64,000 nt of DNA from Snowella sp. (GTDB lineage: Bacteria > Cyanobacteriota > Cyanobacteriia > Cyanobacteriales > Microcystaceae), in contig JAYKGY010000150.1 of the NCBI GenBank assembly GCA_035285545.1, positions 1-64,000 on the forward strand, written 5' to 3'. The notes beneath the pieces were generated by a model. It was given only the letters and a program-made list of their open reading frames with translations. It did no database searches and had not been told where the DNA came from. Shown piece after piece: positions 19,312 to 29,420 of the stretch (position 1 is its first letter; the number at the start of each line of letters is the position of its first letter). The translations under genes and the position numbers were made by a program.

Positions 19312-20622
19312 TTATTTATTGTTAGGGGTAAGAGAGGGATTATTTCCTTGTCTTTCATTATTAATTAATTGGATCTGACTTAAAAAATAATTTTCGCCAT
19401 CTTGATATTTGAGAGAACGGGCTAGGGTTAATGCCTGTTGATAGGCGACTAAGGCTGGTTGATATTGTTTTGCATCTTGATAAATTTTTCCAATTGATTC
19501 GTAAGCTTTCATTAATCCGTAATAGTTATAGGATTGCTGTTCAACTTTTAAGAGTTTTTGATAGATTTGTAGGGCGTAATTGGGTTGATTGTGGGTTTGG
19601 TATAAATTAGCGAGTTTTTTAAGGGCAATACTGGCGGGCCCATACTGTTGTAATGACCAACTTAGGGTAAAGGCTTCTTGATAATTTTGGCTGGCTTTTT
19701 CTGGTTGTTTTAACGTGAGGTAATCATCCGCGATCGCGATCTTGACATCGGGAATGGATTCAATCTTTTTATCTTGAAAATAGCGGTTGACTAAGGCTTC
19801 TTTAATCCGAACTGCATTTTCAGGAAGAGAGGCTTTGCTGTAAATTTCGGCTAATTTTTGTAGATAAATACCCTCATTATAGGTATTTCCCTTTGCCTGG
19901 GCCTGTTGCAATAATAATTCATAGGTTTCCGCCGCATTGGGATAATCAAAGCGAGCAAGGTAGAGTTCCCCTAAGGCTTTTGAAGCCCGTTCCTCCACTT
20001 TGGCATTATTTTGTTGGCGGGCTGTGGTGCGAATTTGTTGATAGATCTTAATAGATTCATCGATATTCCGCATTTTTTGATAGGCTTGGGCAAAAGCAGT
20101 TAAAATTTCAGGTGTTAAAGACCCAAGAGCTTGCTGTTCTTGATTAATAGCGGCTAATCGCCGATTAATGATATTAAAATCTTCCGAACGGGATTTTTCC
20201 CAGGCAATCCCCCCCACTCGTCCGAGGGCATTAATTTCTTCTAAGGTGCCTAAACTCCGTCTCGCTCGCAATTCCCGATACCACATCACAAAAGCAATAT
20301 CATCATTTCCCGCATCTGCTTGAGCTTGGGCTTCAGCATTGAGTTGATCCAATCTCTCGATTAAGCGTCGTCGTTGTAGCGGAGTGAAGGGGACTTGGCT
20401 CGGAAGAATGGGATCGGGCTGATATTGGCTCAGATCTAAGGGATCGGGTTTGGTTGGTTCGGGTTTAGGGGCAGTCGGCTGAAACCCAGGCGGCATGGCC
20501 AAAATTATCGGTGACTGGGGAGCCGCGATCGCCTGTTGGGAAAATGCCACCCAGCTATAACTATTCAAACCCAAGCAATAGACGATGACGGGAAAAAATC
20601 GTTTAGAAAAGATAGGAATCAT
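19312..20622 (-). CDS. Exported TPR-repeat protein
   Basis: N-terminal signal-like segment, Pro-rich linker, several TPRs (LGELY, LANLY, IGKIY). Confidence 0.8.
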   Translation of the reverse strand: MIPIFSKRFFPVIVYCLGLNSYSWVAFSQQAIAAPQSPIILAMPPGFQPTAPKPEPTKPDPLDLSQYQPDPILPSQVPFTPLQRRRLIERLDQLNAEAQAQADAGNDDIAFVMWYRELRARRSLGTLEEINALGRVGGIAWEKSRSEDFNIINRRLAAINQEQQALGSLTPEILTAFAQAYQKMRNIDESIKIYQQIRTTARQQNNAKVEERASKALGELYLARFDYPNAAETYELLLQQAQAKGNTYNEGIYLQKLAEIYSKASLPENAVRIKEALVNRYFQDKKIESIPDVKIAIADDYLTLKQPEKASQNYQEAFTLSWSLQQYGPASIALKKLANLYQTHNQPNYALQIYQKLLKVEQQSYNYYGLMKAYESIGKIYQDAKQYQPALVAYQQALTLARSLKYQDGENYFLSQIQLINNERQGNNPSLTPNNK

Positions 20623-20749
20623 AGAACACTGAAAGCATCACCCTAGCCTAAGCCAATGATTTAACACATTAGTGGCACAATAGACAGAAAGTTGATTGAA
20701 CCCTTTAGAATCCTAACATGGCTACTCTTCTGTTGATGGAATAAGCAAA

Positions 20750-21901
20750 ATGAAAAAAATTATTTATGGCTTGTTAAGTTTGATTTTAATGATAACCATC
20801 ACGGCCTGTGGGATGTTGCCCCAAGTTAACGCAGAAGAACGACTTTTCTTAAATTTATCTCTAGATTTTTTAGGAGAATACGAACTGCCCAAAACGGCCT
20901 TTCAAGATACTAACGTTGGTGGTTTATCGGGTATTACCTACGATAGACAAGAAGACTTATTTTATGCAGTTTCTGATGATCGCAAAGATCCTCGTTTTTA
21001 TACCTTAAAAATTAATTTAAAAAATCATGAAAATAATCATCCTCAGATCGAGAAAATTAACATTGAACGTGTCACATTTTTGAAGAATCCACAAGGAGAA
21101 ATCTATCCCCCATTGACGACTGATTTTGAAGGCATTGGTTTAACCCCAAGACGCACCGTTTTCATTTCTAGTGAAGGAGATAATCAGCGCAAAATCTTAC
21201 CCTTTATTGGGGAGTTTGATTTAGTAACAGGCCAACTGAAAAATGACTTACGCCTACCGCAACGCTATTTATCCCCGAAAAAAAACGATGAGGATCAGTC
21301 TCCACGCGGTATTCAGAATAATTTAGGCTTTGAAAGTTTAGCTGTTGGGGCGAGTAGTACCTTAAAAGATGACCCTTTTCGATTATTTACAGCCAATGAA
21401 AACCCACTTTTTCAGGATGTTGATCTAGAAAAATTACCGAAAGAATTACCACTTCGTTTTTTACATTACGTGATCAATCCTATCGGTGATCCGATTATTG
21501 TAAGCGAAAATTTATACCTGCTTGATCCGGCTCCGAGTGGAACTTTTTCTAATGGATTAAATGATATAGTTACCCTTAATCAAGAAGGCTACTTTATTAG
21601 CTTAGAACGCAATTTTGGGCTAGCAGGATTTGGGGTAAAATTATTCCAAGTTGTCAATGCTAATGCAACGGATACATCACGGATTACCAGCTTTAAAAAT
21701 GGAATTGGGGATGTTGAACCTTTGCGGAAAAAACTATTGTTGGATTTGGATGAGTTAGGGATTGATTTAGATAACTTAGAAGGATTAACTTTTGGTCCTA
21801 AATTACCGGATGGCAGCCAATCTTTAATCTTAGTGAGTGATGATAATTTTAGCGATCGCCAAATCAACCAATTTCTCCTATTTCGTCTAAACATTTCCTG
21901 A
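20750..21901 (+). CDS. Esterase-like activity of phytase family lipoprotein
   Basis: Lipobox-like ITAC, GGLSGITYD, NNLGFESL, DNLEGLTFGP, LVSDDNF. Confidence 0.88.
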   Translation: MKKIIYGLLSLILMITITACGMLPQVNAEERLFLNLSLDFLGEYELPKTAFQDTNVGGLSGITYDRQEDLFYAVSDDRKDPRFYTLKINLKNHENNHPQIEKINIERVTFLKNPQGEIYPPLTTDFEGIGLTPRRTVFISSEGDNQRKILPFIGEFDLVTGQLKNDLRLPQRYLSPKKNDEDQSPRGIQNNLGFESLAVGASSTLKDDPFRLFTANENPLFQDVDLEKLPKELPLRFLHYVINPIGDPIIVSENLYLLDPAPSGTFSNGLNDIVTLNQEGYFISLERNFGLAGFGVKLFQVVNANATDTSRITSFKNGIGDVEPLRKKLLLDLDELGIDLDNLEGLTFGPKLPDGSQSLILVSDDNFSDRQINQFLLFRLNIS

Positions 21902-23068
21902 TGAACCAATGGGCGCAAACTGATCCAAAATGTCATCTTGCCCTTGGGCTACCCATTGAGCAAAATGTCGAGCCAGGGGAGGTGCGTAGGCCAGGGGACT
22001 CGTAAAGCCGGAAAATAAAAATAATCCTTCAAATTGCTTGATTCTTCCCACCAAAGGTTGGCTCGGATCACTAAAGGCTACTAGGCAATGGTGGCAAGTT
22101 CCGGGGACATCGGCTAAGGCCGGTAGAATAGTCGCTATCTGCTGACGAATTTCCGCCTCAATGCGGGCTAAATCGGGTAAGGCATGGGGATCGGGGATAA
22201 TTTGGCTAGTTTGCCCTAAATAGAGGTGGCCATCTAAAAATTGAATTGCTCCCGCTTCGGTAATTTCTGCCATCAGGGTTGAATTGCGCGATCGCCAAAT
22301 TTCGGACTGATTCGGTTGTCTGGCGGTGGTTTCCAGTTGCAGACGTTGGAGAAGGGCAGGCATCACCAAGGTGCGTAGCCGTATATTTAAAGGGGGGGTT
22401 TTAATCACCTGAGCATGGCTAAAGTACAGAGGGATGTCGATTTGATTAGCTTGTAAAAAAGACCGACTCAAAGCCCCTGCACAAATAACGGTATTTTCTG
22501 CCTGATAGGTGTCTTTTGGGGTGATAACTCCTGTAATTTGGTGATTTTGGCACAATAAGTTAACCCCCGGCTCGATCGCGATTGTTCCTCCCAGTCGCAG
22601 AAAAGCGTTGATATAGGCTAGCGTCGTCTTTTGAGCGTGAATATGGCCATGAGCCACTGTTAAGGCTCCCGCGATCGCGTTAGGATTGAGCAATGGTTCG
22701 AGTTCACAGGCTTCATCCACCCTGAGCAGTTGGGGAGGATTAAAACAATTCGCATAATGGCGTTGAATGCTTTGGGGATCTTGCTCTGGCGGAATCGTTA
22801 AAACTAAATTTAATTCTCGATATTCTGTCTCTCCCTGCAATTCCTGGGCTAGATGACTTAAAATTTGCTGGGATTCTCTGCATAACTGGCGGGTTATGGG
22901 GGTTGTTCCTGACCAATAGGCCACGCCACCGTAGCTGTAATAGGTTGCACTGTGGGGATAGCGATCGCGCTCTAACAGGAGAACTCGTAACCCGTGTTTA
23001 ATCAACTCGTAGGCCAAAGCCGCTCCGGTAATACCGCCACCGATGACAATCCAATCGTAGGTTTTCAT
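21887..23068 (-). CDS. FAD-dependent oxidoreductase (DAO family)
   Basis: DWIVIGGGITG Rossmann motif, VICAG; overlaps the convergent neighbour by 15 nt. Confidence 0.88.
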   Translation of the reverse strand: MKTYDWIVIGGGITGAALAYELIKHGLRVLLLERDRYPHSATYYSYGGVAYWSGTTPITRQLCRESQQILSHLAQELQGETEYRELNLVLTIPPEQDPQSIQRHYANCFNPPQLLRVDEACELEPLLNPNAIAGALTVAHGHIHAQKTTLAYINAFLRLGGTIAIEPGVNLLCQNHQITGVITPKDTYQAENTVICAGALSRSFLQANQIDIPLYFSHAQVIKTPPLNIRLRTLVMPALLQRLQLETTARQPNQSEIWRSRNSTLMAEITEAGAIQFLDGHLYLGQTSQIIPDPHALPDLARIEAEIRQQIATILPALADVPGTCHHCLVAFSDPSQPLVGRIKQFEGLFLFSGFTSPLAYAPPLARHFAQWVAQGQDDILDQFAPIGSSGNV

Positions 23069-23231
23069 TGCTTTTAATCAATACGCTAATAGAGACCCTG
23101 AAATTCGCTAAAATAGAGTTGAATTTCAAGAAAATACGCAATTTTAGTAAAAAATATTGGCAACGATTAGTAAAATTTTCCATCAACTCAATGGATTCTG
23201 TTAGGCAATTATCATAGGATTTTAAACGCTA

Positions 23232-24215
23232 TTATCCCATCATTACCGGAACTTTTTTCAAGGCATTTTCAATCGTTTGAGAACCTGCATTCTCTAAACA
23301 GGCATTTTCACTGATATAACGTTTCCACGCTTTGGTACCAGGTTGGCCGGTAAATAGGGTTAACAAGTGACGGCTAATGGCGTGTAGTTTCAAGCCTTTT
23401 TCTGTCCATTGCTCGATATAGGGCAGCATTTTTTCAATAATTTGCTGACGGGTTAGGGGCGTGACGGCTTCCCCATAGATGTCTCGGTCTACCGTGGCTA
23501 ACAAATAGGGATTTTCGTAGGCAATTCGACCAATCATCACCGCATCAACGTGAGCATAGTGCTGTTGAATTTGTTCTAGGGTCGTAATTCCGCCATTAAT
23601 TTCAATAAATAGGTGGGGAAAGTCAGCTTTTAACCGATAGACATCTGCATAGCGCAGGGGCGGAATGGTGCGATTTTCCTTGGGACTTAAGCCTTTGAGC
23701 CAAGCTTTGCGGGCATGGACGGTAAAGCGTTGACAGCCACCTTCTGAGACAATACGCACAAATTTAGCCAAATCTTCGTATTGATCCTGATCATCAATGC
23801 CAATCCGGTGTTTTACGGTAACGGGAATGGATACGGCTTGTTGCATCGCGGCGATACAATCGGCGACCTGTTGGGGTCGGGCCATTAAACAGGCTCCAAA
23901 GTGCCCATTTTGAACGCGATCGCTGGGGCAACCGACATTGAGATTTACCTCATCGTAACCCCAATCTTCTGCAATCTTGGCACATTCCGCTAATTGGCTC
24001 GGATTATCTCCCCCTAGCTGCAACACCAAGGGTTTTTCTTCGGGAGAAAAGTCTAATAACTTGCGGCGATCGCCGTGAATAATAGCCATCGTCGTGATCA
24101 TTTCCGTATAGAGCAACGTCCGACGGGTTATCTGTCGCAAAAAATAACGAAAATGGCGATCGGTATAATCCATCATCGGAGCCACACTTAAGGGATTGCC
24201 CAGGCGATTAAGCAT
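23232..24215 (-). CDS. dusA: tRNA dihydrouridine(20/20a) synthase
   Basis: SVAPMMD, NLNVGCPS, HARKAWLKGLSPKENRTIPPL. Confidence 0.95.
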   Translation of the reverse strand: MLNRLGNPLSVAPMMDYTDRHFRYFLRQITRRTLLYTEMITTMAIIHGDRRKLLDFSPEEKPLVLQLGGDNPSQLAECAKIAEDWGYDEVNLNVGCPSDRVQNGHFGACLMARPQQVADCIAAMQQAVSIPVTVKHRIGIDDQDQYEDLAKFVRIVSEGGCQRFTVHARKAWLKGLSPKENRTIPPLRYADVYRLKADFPHLFIEINGGITTLEQIQQHYAHVDAVMIGRIAYENPYLLATVDRDIYGEAVTPLTRQQIIEKMLPYIEQWTEKGLKLHAISRHLLTLFTGQPGTKAWKRYISENACLENAGSQTIENALKKVPVMMG

Positions 24216-24218
24216 GAG

Positions 24219-24278
24219 TAGTTAATAGTTAATAATTGAGAGTTAATAGTTAATAATTGAGAGTTAATAGTTAATAGT
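24219..24278. repeat. Heptamer short tandem repeats (STRR-like) with a 21-bp super-period
   Basis: (AGTTAAT AGTTAAT AATTGAG) x2, then AGTTAAT AGTTAAT. Confidence 0.8.
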
Positions 24279-24409
24279 GGCTCTTCTGATTTTACGTTTA
24301 AAAAAATCAACACTGATGCAAAAAAAATAATTACTAGGCATAAATTCCTTGCTAGAAGAAGATTTCAGCTTCAATCTATCTTTTTTATCACCACAAACTC
24401 AGAAGATAC

Positions 24410-24467
24410 TTAATAGTTAATAATCAATCTTGAATTATCAACTATTCACTATTAACTATTCACTAAT
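24410..24467. repeat. Heptamer repeats, partly in the opposite orientation (ACTATTC/ACTATTA)
   Basis: TAATAGTTAATAATC ... ACTATTC ACTATTA ACTATTC ACTAATT. Confidence 0.65.
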
Positions 24468-26218
24468 TAGCGTACTGTTTCCAGACTTTCAATTTTCTTA
24501 GTAAATAATTCGGTAAAGAGACTCATCACTGTTCGTTTTTCTCGAACTTTGATATTAGCGGTTACAGACATCCCAGATTGCAAGGGAATTTGGCGATCTG
24601 CGGTTTTGAGATATTGGTGATCCAACTGAATTTGGGTCGGAAAACGATAAAATTTATAGGTTTCATCGGGAGGTAACGCATCAGAGCCGACCAAAATTAC
24701 TTTCCCTTTAATGTCTCCAAATTCACTGTAAGGAAAAGAATCGATTCGGACATCGGCTTTCATTCCCTGACGAACAAAACCAATATCTTTGTTGGTAATA
24801 TCCACTTGAGCAATTAAACTATCGGTAGGAACAATTTTTAATAAAGGAACCGTTTGGGTTGGAGGTGTAACGTAGCCCGGTGTTGCTTTTAAATCAAAGA
24901 CAGTTCCATTGACAGGGGATTTGATTTCCTGATATTTCAATGTCACTTGAGAACGACTAATTTGGCTATTTAATTCGTTAATTTTCTTTTCATTCTCAAC
25001 AATGATTTTGGTTAATTGACTATCAATGTCCGCAATTTTTTTGGTATTATCTGCCATGCGGTCATAAATTTCTTTTTCCGTAATGGCACTGGTATTCACT
25101 AATTTAGCCCTGGCTTGTTCAATGAGATTGTCTAACCGTTTTTTCTCTTGTTCTAAACGATTAATTTCCGCCGATCGGGTTTGAATTTGTTGACGTTGTT
25201 TATCGTATTCGACAGAACCATTCACTTTCTGTTCAATAATGCGCTGATAGCGATCGTTAACGGCTTGTTGTTGTTTTTCAATTTGTAATTTTGCTAAGGC
25301 CCCTTCTTCTAAGAGCGGTTGAACGCTACCGAGAATTCTTTCTTCAATTTTCAAGCTTTTTTCTGCTTCGAGAACGGCTTTGTCATTGCGAACTTTTAGA
25401 TCAGCGAAAATCTTTTGGTCATCGACCAGTTGTCGTTGAGCCGATTCTAACTGGACTTGGGCTTGTAGCAATTGTTTTTGGAGTTGCTGAATTTCCATAT
25501 CGGCGGCCGTTACTCTGGAGTTCAGTTCAAAACGAGCCATTCGCAGACGGGCCATTTGCTCTGAAGACAGCTTCTCTACGTTGCCCCCATTCCCTAATAA
25601 TGCACTGAATAAGGCATTTTCCTGAATTAATGCAGTCCGATTTTTTGCTAAAGCAGCAACTTCCCAGGGCAATTTTAATTGCATCATGGCCATTTCTAAT
25701 TGGGATTCACTCAGCTCTTGTTTTAATAGCGTGCGATAAAATTGGTTTTCTTGAAGCAGTTTTTGGCGAATATTCTGAGCGGATTTGAGATCGGCAACTG
25801 TGGCGGCGGAGTCCATAATCACCAACGTTTGACCCTTTTTCACCTGTTCATTATCTTTGACTAACACCTCTTTAACGACTCCATTAACCGGAGCTTGAAT
25901 TTCTTTGAGCGTATCCTGGGGCTTGAGTTGGCCCGTTGCGGGAATGACTTCTTCCATCGTGGCAAAGGAAGCCCAAACAACAGAAAGGGCCGTAACACCG
26001 ATAATTGACCAAATAATCGCCCGCGAGAGATTAGAGGATTGCCGTAGGATAATTCCTTGCTCGGAACCGGAAAATAAACTCGGCGCAGGATAATTGGGAG
26101 ATTTGACAGGCGAGGCACCACCTTTGATGGGCGCAAGGGAGCCATTCCCATTTGTCTCAGATCTGCCATTTTGAGCATTATGGGGATTATTCTCAGTCGA
26201 GGAAAGATGATTTGTCAT
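24467..26218 (-). CDS. hlyD: HlyD-family type I secretion membrane fusion protein
   Basis: Single TM, IQAPVNGVVKEVLVKD lipoyl-like half, long coiled coil, DIGFV..G..ADVRIDSFPYSEFG, LQSGMSVTANIK. Confidence 0.92.
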   Translation of the reverse strand: MTNHLSSTENNPHNAQNGRSETNGNGSLAPIKGGASPVKSPNYPAPSLFSGSEQGIILRQSSNLSRAIIWSIIGVTALSVVWASFATMEEVIPATGQLKPQDTLKEIQAPVNGVVKEVLVKDNEQVKKGQTLVIMDSAATVADLKSAQNIRQKLLQENQFYRTLLKQELSESQLEMAMMQLKLPWEVAALAKNRTALIQENALFSALLGNGGNVEKLSSEQMARLRMARFELNSRVTAADMEIQQLQKQLLQAQVQLESAQRQLVDDQKIFADLKVRNDKAVLEAEKSLKIEERILGSVQPLLEEGALAKLQIEKQQQAVNDRYQRIIEQKVNGSVEYDKQRQQIQTRSAEINRLEQEKKRLDNLIEQARAKLVNTSAITEKEIYDRMADNTKKIADIDSQLTKIIVENEKKINELNSQISRSQVTLKYQEIKSPVNGTVFDLKATPGYVTPPTQTVPLLKIVPTDSLIAQVDITNKDIGFVRQGMKADVRIDSFPYSEFGDIKGKVILVGSDALPPDETYKFYRFPTQIQLDHQYLKTADRQIPLQSGMSVTANIKVREKRTVMSLFTELFTKKIESLETVR

Positions 26219-26276
26219 GGGATTAAAGTGTTCTCCTTAATTATTTTCTCCAAAACAATGAAAGTTAGATCTTTGA

Positions 26277-29200
26277 TTAATTTTTGTCAAAATCCGTATT
26301 GCCTTGTTGTTGATAGAGGTAGAAATAACGACCTCGGAGGGCCATTAGTTCGTCATGGGTTCCCTGTTCAACGACAGCACCCCCATCCATCATGACGATC
26401 ACGTCGGCGGTTTTAATGGAACTGAGACGGTGGGTAATAAAGAATACGGTGCGATCGCGGAAGGCCTCTCCTAAATTGAGACAAACCTGTTTTTCGGTGG
26501 TGTAATCTAGGGCACTGGTGGCTTCATCTAATACAAGAATATTGGGTCGTTGCAGAATCGTTCGTGCTAGAGCAATTCGTTGCCGTTGTCCCCCCGATAG
26601 AGAGGCACCCCGTTCTCCCACCCGTGTATTGTAGCCATTGGGTAAACCCATAATGAATTCATGGGCTACCGCCACTTTTGCCGCTTCAATAATTTCTTCG
26701 GTCGTAGCATCGGGATTGGTCAGGGCAATATTTTCCTGAATGGTGCCATCAAATAGCAGGGTTTCTTGCGGAACCACACCCACCTGTCGCCGGAGGGAAT
26801 ACAGTTCCACCTTACTAATATCGTAACCATCGATTAAGATATGGCCCGATTCGGGTTCGTACAGACGGGAGAGCAATTTCACTAGGGTACTTTTACCGGC
26901 TCCACTCTGGCCCACAACAGCCACAAAGGTCTGGGCGGGAAAGGTTAAATTGACATTATTTAACTGCAACGGGCCTTGGGGTTTGAAACGGAAAGAAACA
27001 TTTTCATACTTCACCGTACCCTTAATGGCTGGCATGGGGATATTAAACCGATCTTTTTCCGATTCTTCTGGGGTATCGACGATATCCGCCAATCGTTCCA
27101 AGGACAGGGCTGTTTCTTGGAAATTTTGCCACAGTTGGGTCAGGCGTAAAACGGGGGAGGTTACATAACTGGAGATGATACGGAAGGCGATTAATTGTCC
27201 TAACGTTAACTCCTGATTCAACACCAGGTACGCACCGACCCATAGCACCAATAGGCCCGACAGTTGATTAAGAAAATGACTGGTGGAACTGGCAAAGGTT
27301 GAGGTGACAACGGTTTTAAAGCCCGCCGTCATGTAACGGGAATAGCGATCCTGCCACTGCCAACGCGATCGCAGTTCAATATTTTGAGCCTTAACCGTTT
27401 GAATCCCCGACATCACTTCGACTAAATAGGATTGGGTTTCGGCATTGCGCTCGGCTTTAACCCGTAACTGATGACGAATCACAGGGGCAAAAACCGCTGT
27501 CATTAGGATAAAAATCGGAATGGTTCCCAAGCCCACCAAGGTGAGGAGTGGGCTATAGATGATCATCACGACAATATAGACGACCGAAAAGATCGCATCC
27601 AAGACGACCGTTAAGGCAGTTCCCGTCATAAATTGGCGGATATTTTCGAGTTCATTGACCCGTGTTGAAATTTCTCCGACAGGCCGCTTTTCAAAATACC
27701 GCAAGGGTAATCGCAGCAAGTGATCAATAATTTCTGAGCCTAAGCTCATGTCAATGCGATTAGTGGTATCGACAAAAAGATAGGTTCGCAGGGTCGTTAA
27801 AATTGCTTCAAAAAAGGCAATAATCAACAGAAAAATGCCCAAAACTTGCAGTGTATCCTGGCTATTTTGCACAATTACCTTATCGATGATCACCTGAATC
27901 ATCAAGGGATTGGCTAAGCCAAATAGTTGCACAAAGAACGAGGCGATAAAGACTTCAATTAAAACTCGGCGATATTTCTTAAGGGCCGGCAGGAACCAAC
28001 TGAGTCCAAACCGTTGTTGCGGCGTTTCTTTGGTCGGTTGCAGTAGTAAGACTTCACCCTTGGGGATCTGCCCATCTTCCGATTCTCCCCAGGTTTGTAA
28101 AAAATCCTTGGGTTTGCGGCGGATCATTCCCGTTTCAGGAACAGCAATCACCATATTGCGATCGCTGGCTTCGTAGACCACCGCTAAACTATCTTGCCAA
28201 CGGATCAAAAAAGGCGGCTCTAACTGGGTAATGGAGTGGGCAGGCAGGGAAACAAGCTGACTATTCAAGCCCATTAATTCGGTAATCGCACCACAGAGGG
28301 GTAGGGATAGATTCTCGGTGCGTTGGAGTTGCTCTCGGACAATCCGCTGAATCACATCTCGGCGAAAGGGCATCCCAAAATATTGACTCACCATTTGGAA
28401 ACAGGCCAGCCCTGCTTCTGCGGTTGTTTTTCCTCGCACAAACGGGTAATTTTTTCGGCTTTTTCCCGATGACTTCCGACGGGGGGCTTCTCCTATCAGC
28501 GTTTCATCTGCATAGGGAATTTCACCATAGGGCATCTCATCGGTTCCCATGACTGTTACGTCAGGAATAACCGTAGCTTCGGTGGGTTCGAGTTCTGCCA
28601 AGGCCGTATTGGCAATTTTAGGAACTCCCACTAATCGGGCACTTTCTGGGCCAGTTACTTCTAAATCCGTATTGCCTGGGGCGGAAGGGAGGGCACTGCC
28701 GACGGGAAATTGGGGGATTTCTCCTCCACTGACTAACCAAAGATAGTCCTCATTTTGGAGGAGGGGGTGGGCAGAAAGTTTATGGCGACCTGGGGAGAGA
28801 AAGTAGGTGCGGCTTTCTTCGATGGTATTTAGGGTCAATTCCCGAAGATCGGCTTCCCCTTGAGCTTGGATTTCTAATTGATTGCCCAATAGATCAAAGA
28901 GTTCAATCAGGGCGCATTGGTCTTGAAAGCTTGCTTGGAGTGCGGGATATTTTTTAACTAACGAGAGAAATTCTTGATTGTTTAACGTTAAACAGACGGC
29001 CTCAGTGGACGCGATCGCCGTTTCACAAGGAATCCCTCGGATCACATTAACCCAACCGATTATGGCCCCAGGTTGGAGTAATTTGAGGGTAACAGGTAAA
29101 TTATTGCGCGGATCATACCCCAGCGATCGCACCTGACCGGATAACAAAATCGATACATAACTGGAAAATTTACCCCGCATCAGGATCACTTGCCCCATGC

Positions 29201-29315
29201 GATACCGCCAGGGCTGGAGCTTGTCTGCTAAAGGATTTAAAACCTCTGGAGGAAGCTGATTGAACGGCGCAACTTCAGAAAGAAAGGAACGATAGTTAGA
29301 AACAGAAGATGTCAT
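26277..29315 (-). CDS. hlyB: Type I secretion ABC transporter (HlyB-like) with N-terminal cNMP-binding and C39-like domains
   Basis: cNMP-like N-terminus, ACFQMVSQYFG C39-like region, FGLSWFLP, GQSGAGKST, LSGGQRQR, LDEATSALD. Confidence 0.92.
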   Translation of the reverse strand: MTSSVSNYRSFLSEVAPFNQLPPEVLNPLADKLQPWRYRMGQVILMRGKFSSYVSILLSGQVRSLGYDPRNNLPVTLKLLQPGAIIGWVNVIRGIPCETAIASTEAVCLTLNNQEFLSLVKKYPALQASFQDQCALIELFDLLGNQLEIQAQGEADLRELTLNTIEESRTYFLSPGRHKLSAHPLLQNEDYLWLVSGGEIPQFPVGSALPSAPGNTDLEVTGPESARLVGVPKIANTALAELEPTEATVIPDVTVMGTDEMPYGEIPYADETLIGEAPRRKSSGKSRKNYPFVRGKTTAEAGLACFQMVSQYFGMPFRRDVIQRIVREQLQRTENLSLPLCGAITELMGLNSQLVSLPAHSITQLEPPFLIRWQDSLAVVYEASDRNMVIAVPETGMIRRKPKDFLQTWGESEDGQIPKGEVLLLQPTKETPQQRFGLSWFLPALKKYRRVLIEVFIASFFVQLFGLANPLMIQVIIDKVIVQNSQDTLQVLGIFLLIIAFFEAILTTLRTYLFVDTTNRIDMSLGSEIIDHLLRLPLRYFEKRPVGEISTRVNELENIRQFMTGTALTVVLDAIFSVVYIVVMIIYSPLLTLVGLGTIPIFILMTAVFAPVIRHQLRVKAERNAETQSYLVEVMSGIQTVKAQNIELRSRWQWQDRYSRYMTAGFKTVVTSTFASSTSHFLNQLSGLLVLWVGAYLVLNQELTLGQLIAFRIISSYVTSPVLRLTQLWQNFQETALSLERLADIVDTPEESEKDRFNIPMPAIKGTVKYENVSFRFKPQGPLQLNNVNLTFPAQTFVAVVGQSGAGKSTLVKLLSRLYEPESGHILIDGYDISKVELYSLRRQVGVVPQETLLFDGTIQENIALTNPDATTEEIIEAAKVAVAHEFIMGLPNGYNTRVGERGASLSGGQRQRIALARTILQRPNILVLDEATSALDYTTEKQVCLNLGEAFRDRTVFFITHRLSSIKTADVIVMMDGGAVVEQGTHDELMALRGRYFYLYQQQGNTDFDKN

Positions 29316-29420
29316 GCCACTACAGTAAAAAATTTTTCTAGAAAGTGTTTAATCGCTCAAGGGATATCTGGGAGAGCAATCCCGCATAAAAACTCAAGTT
29401 AAAGGATTTTTTCAAAATTC

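Noticed and set aside
24219..24278. Repeats considered as a CRISPR array
   Set aside because: Contiguous 7/21-bp units without unique spacers, and no cas genes.
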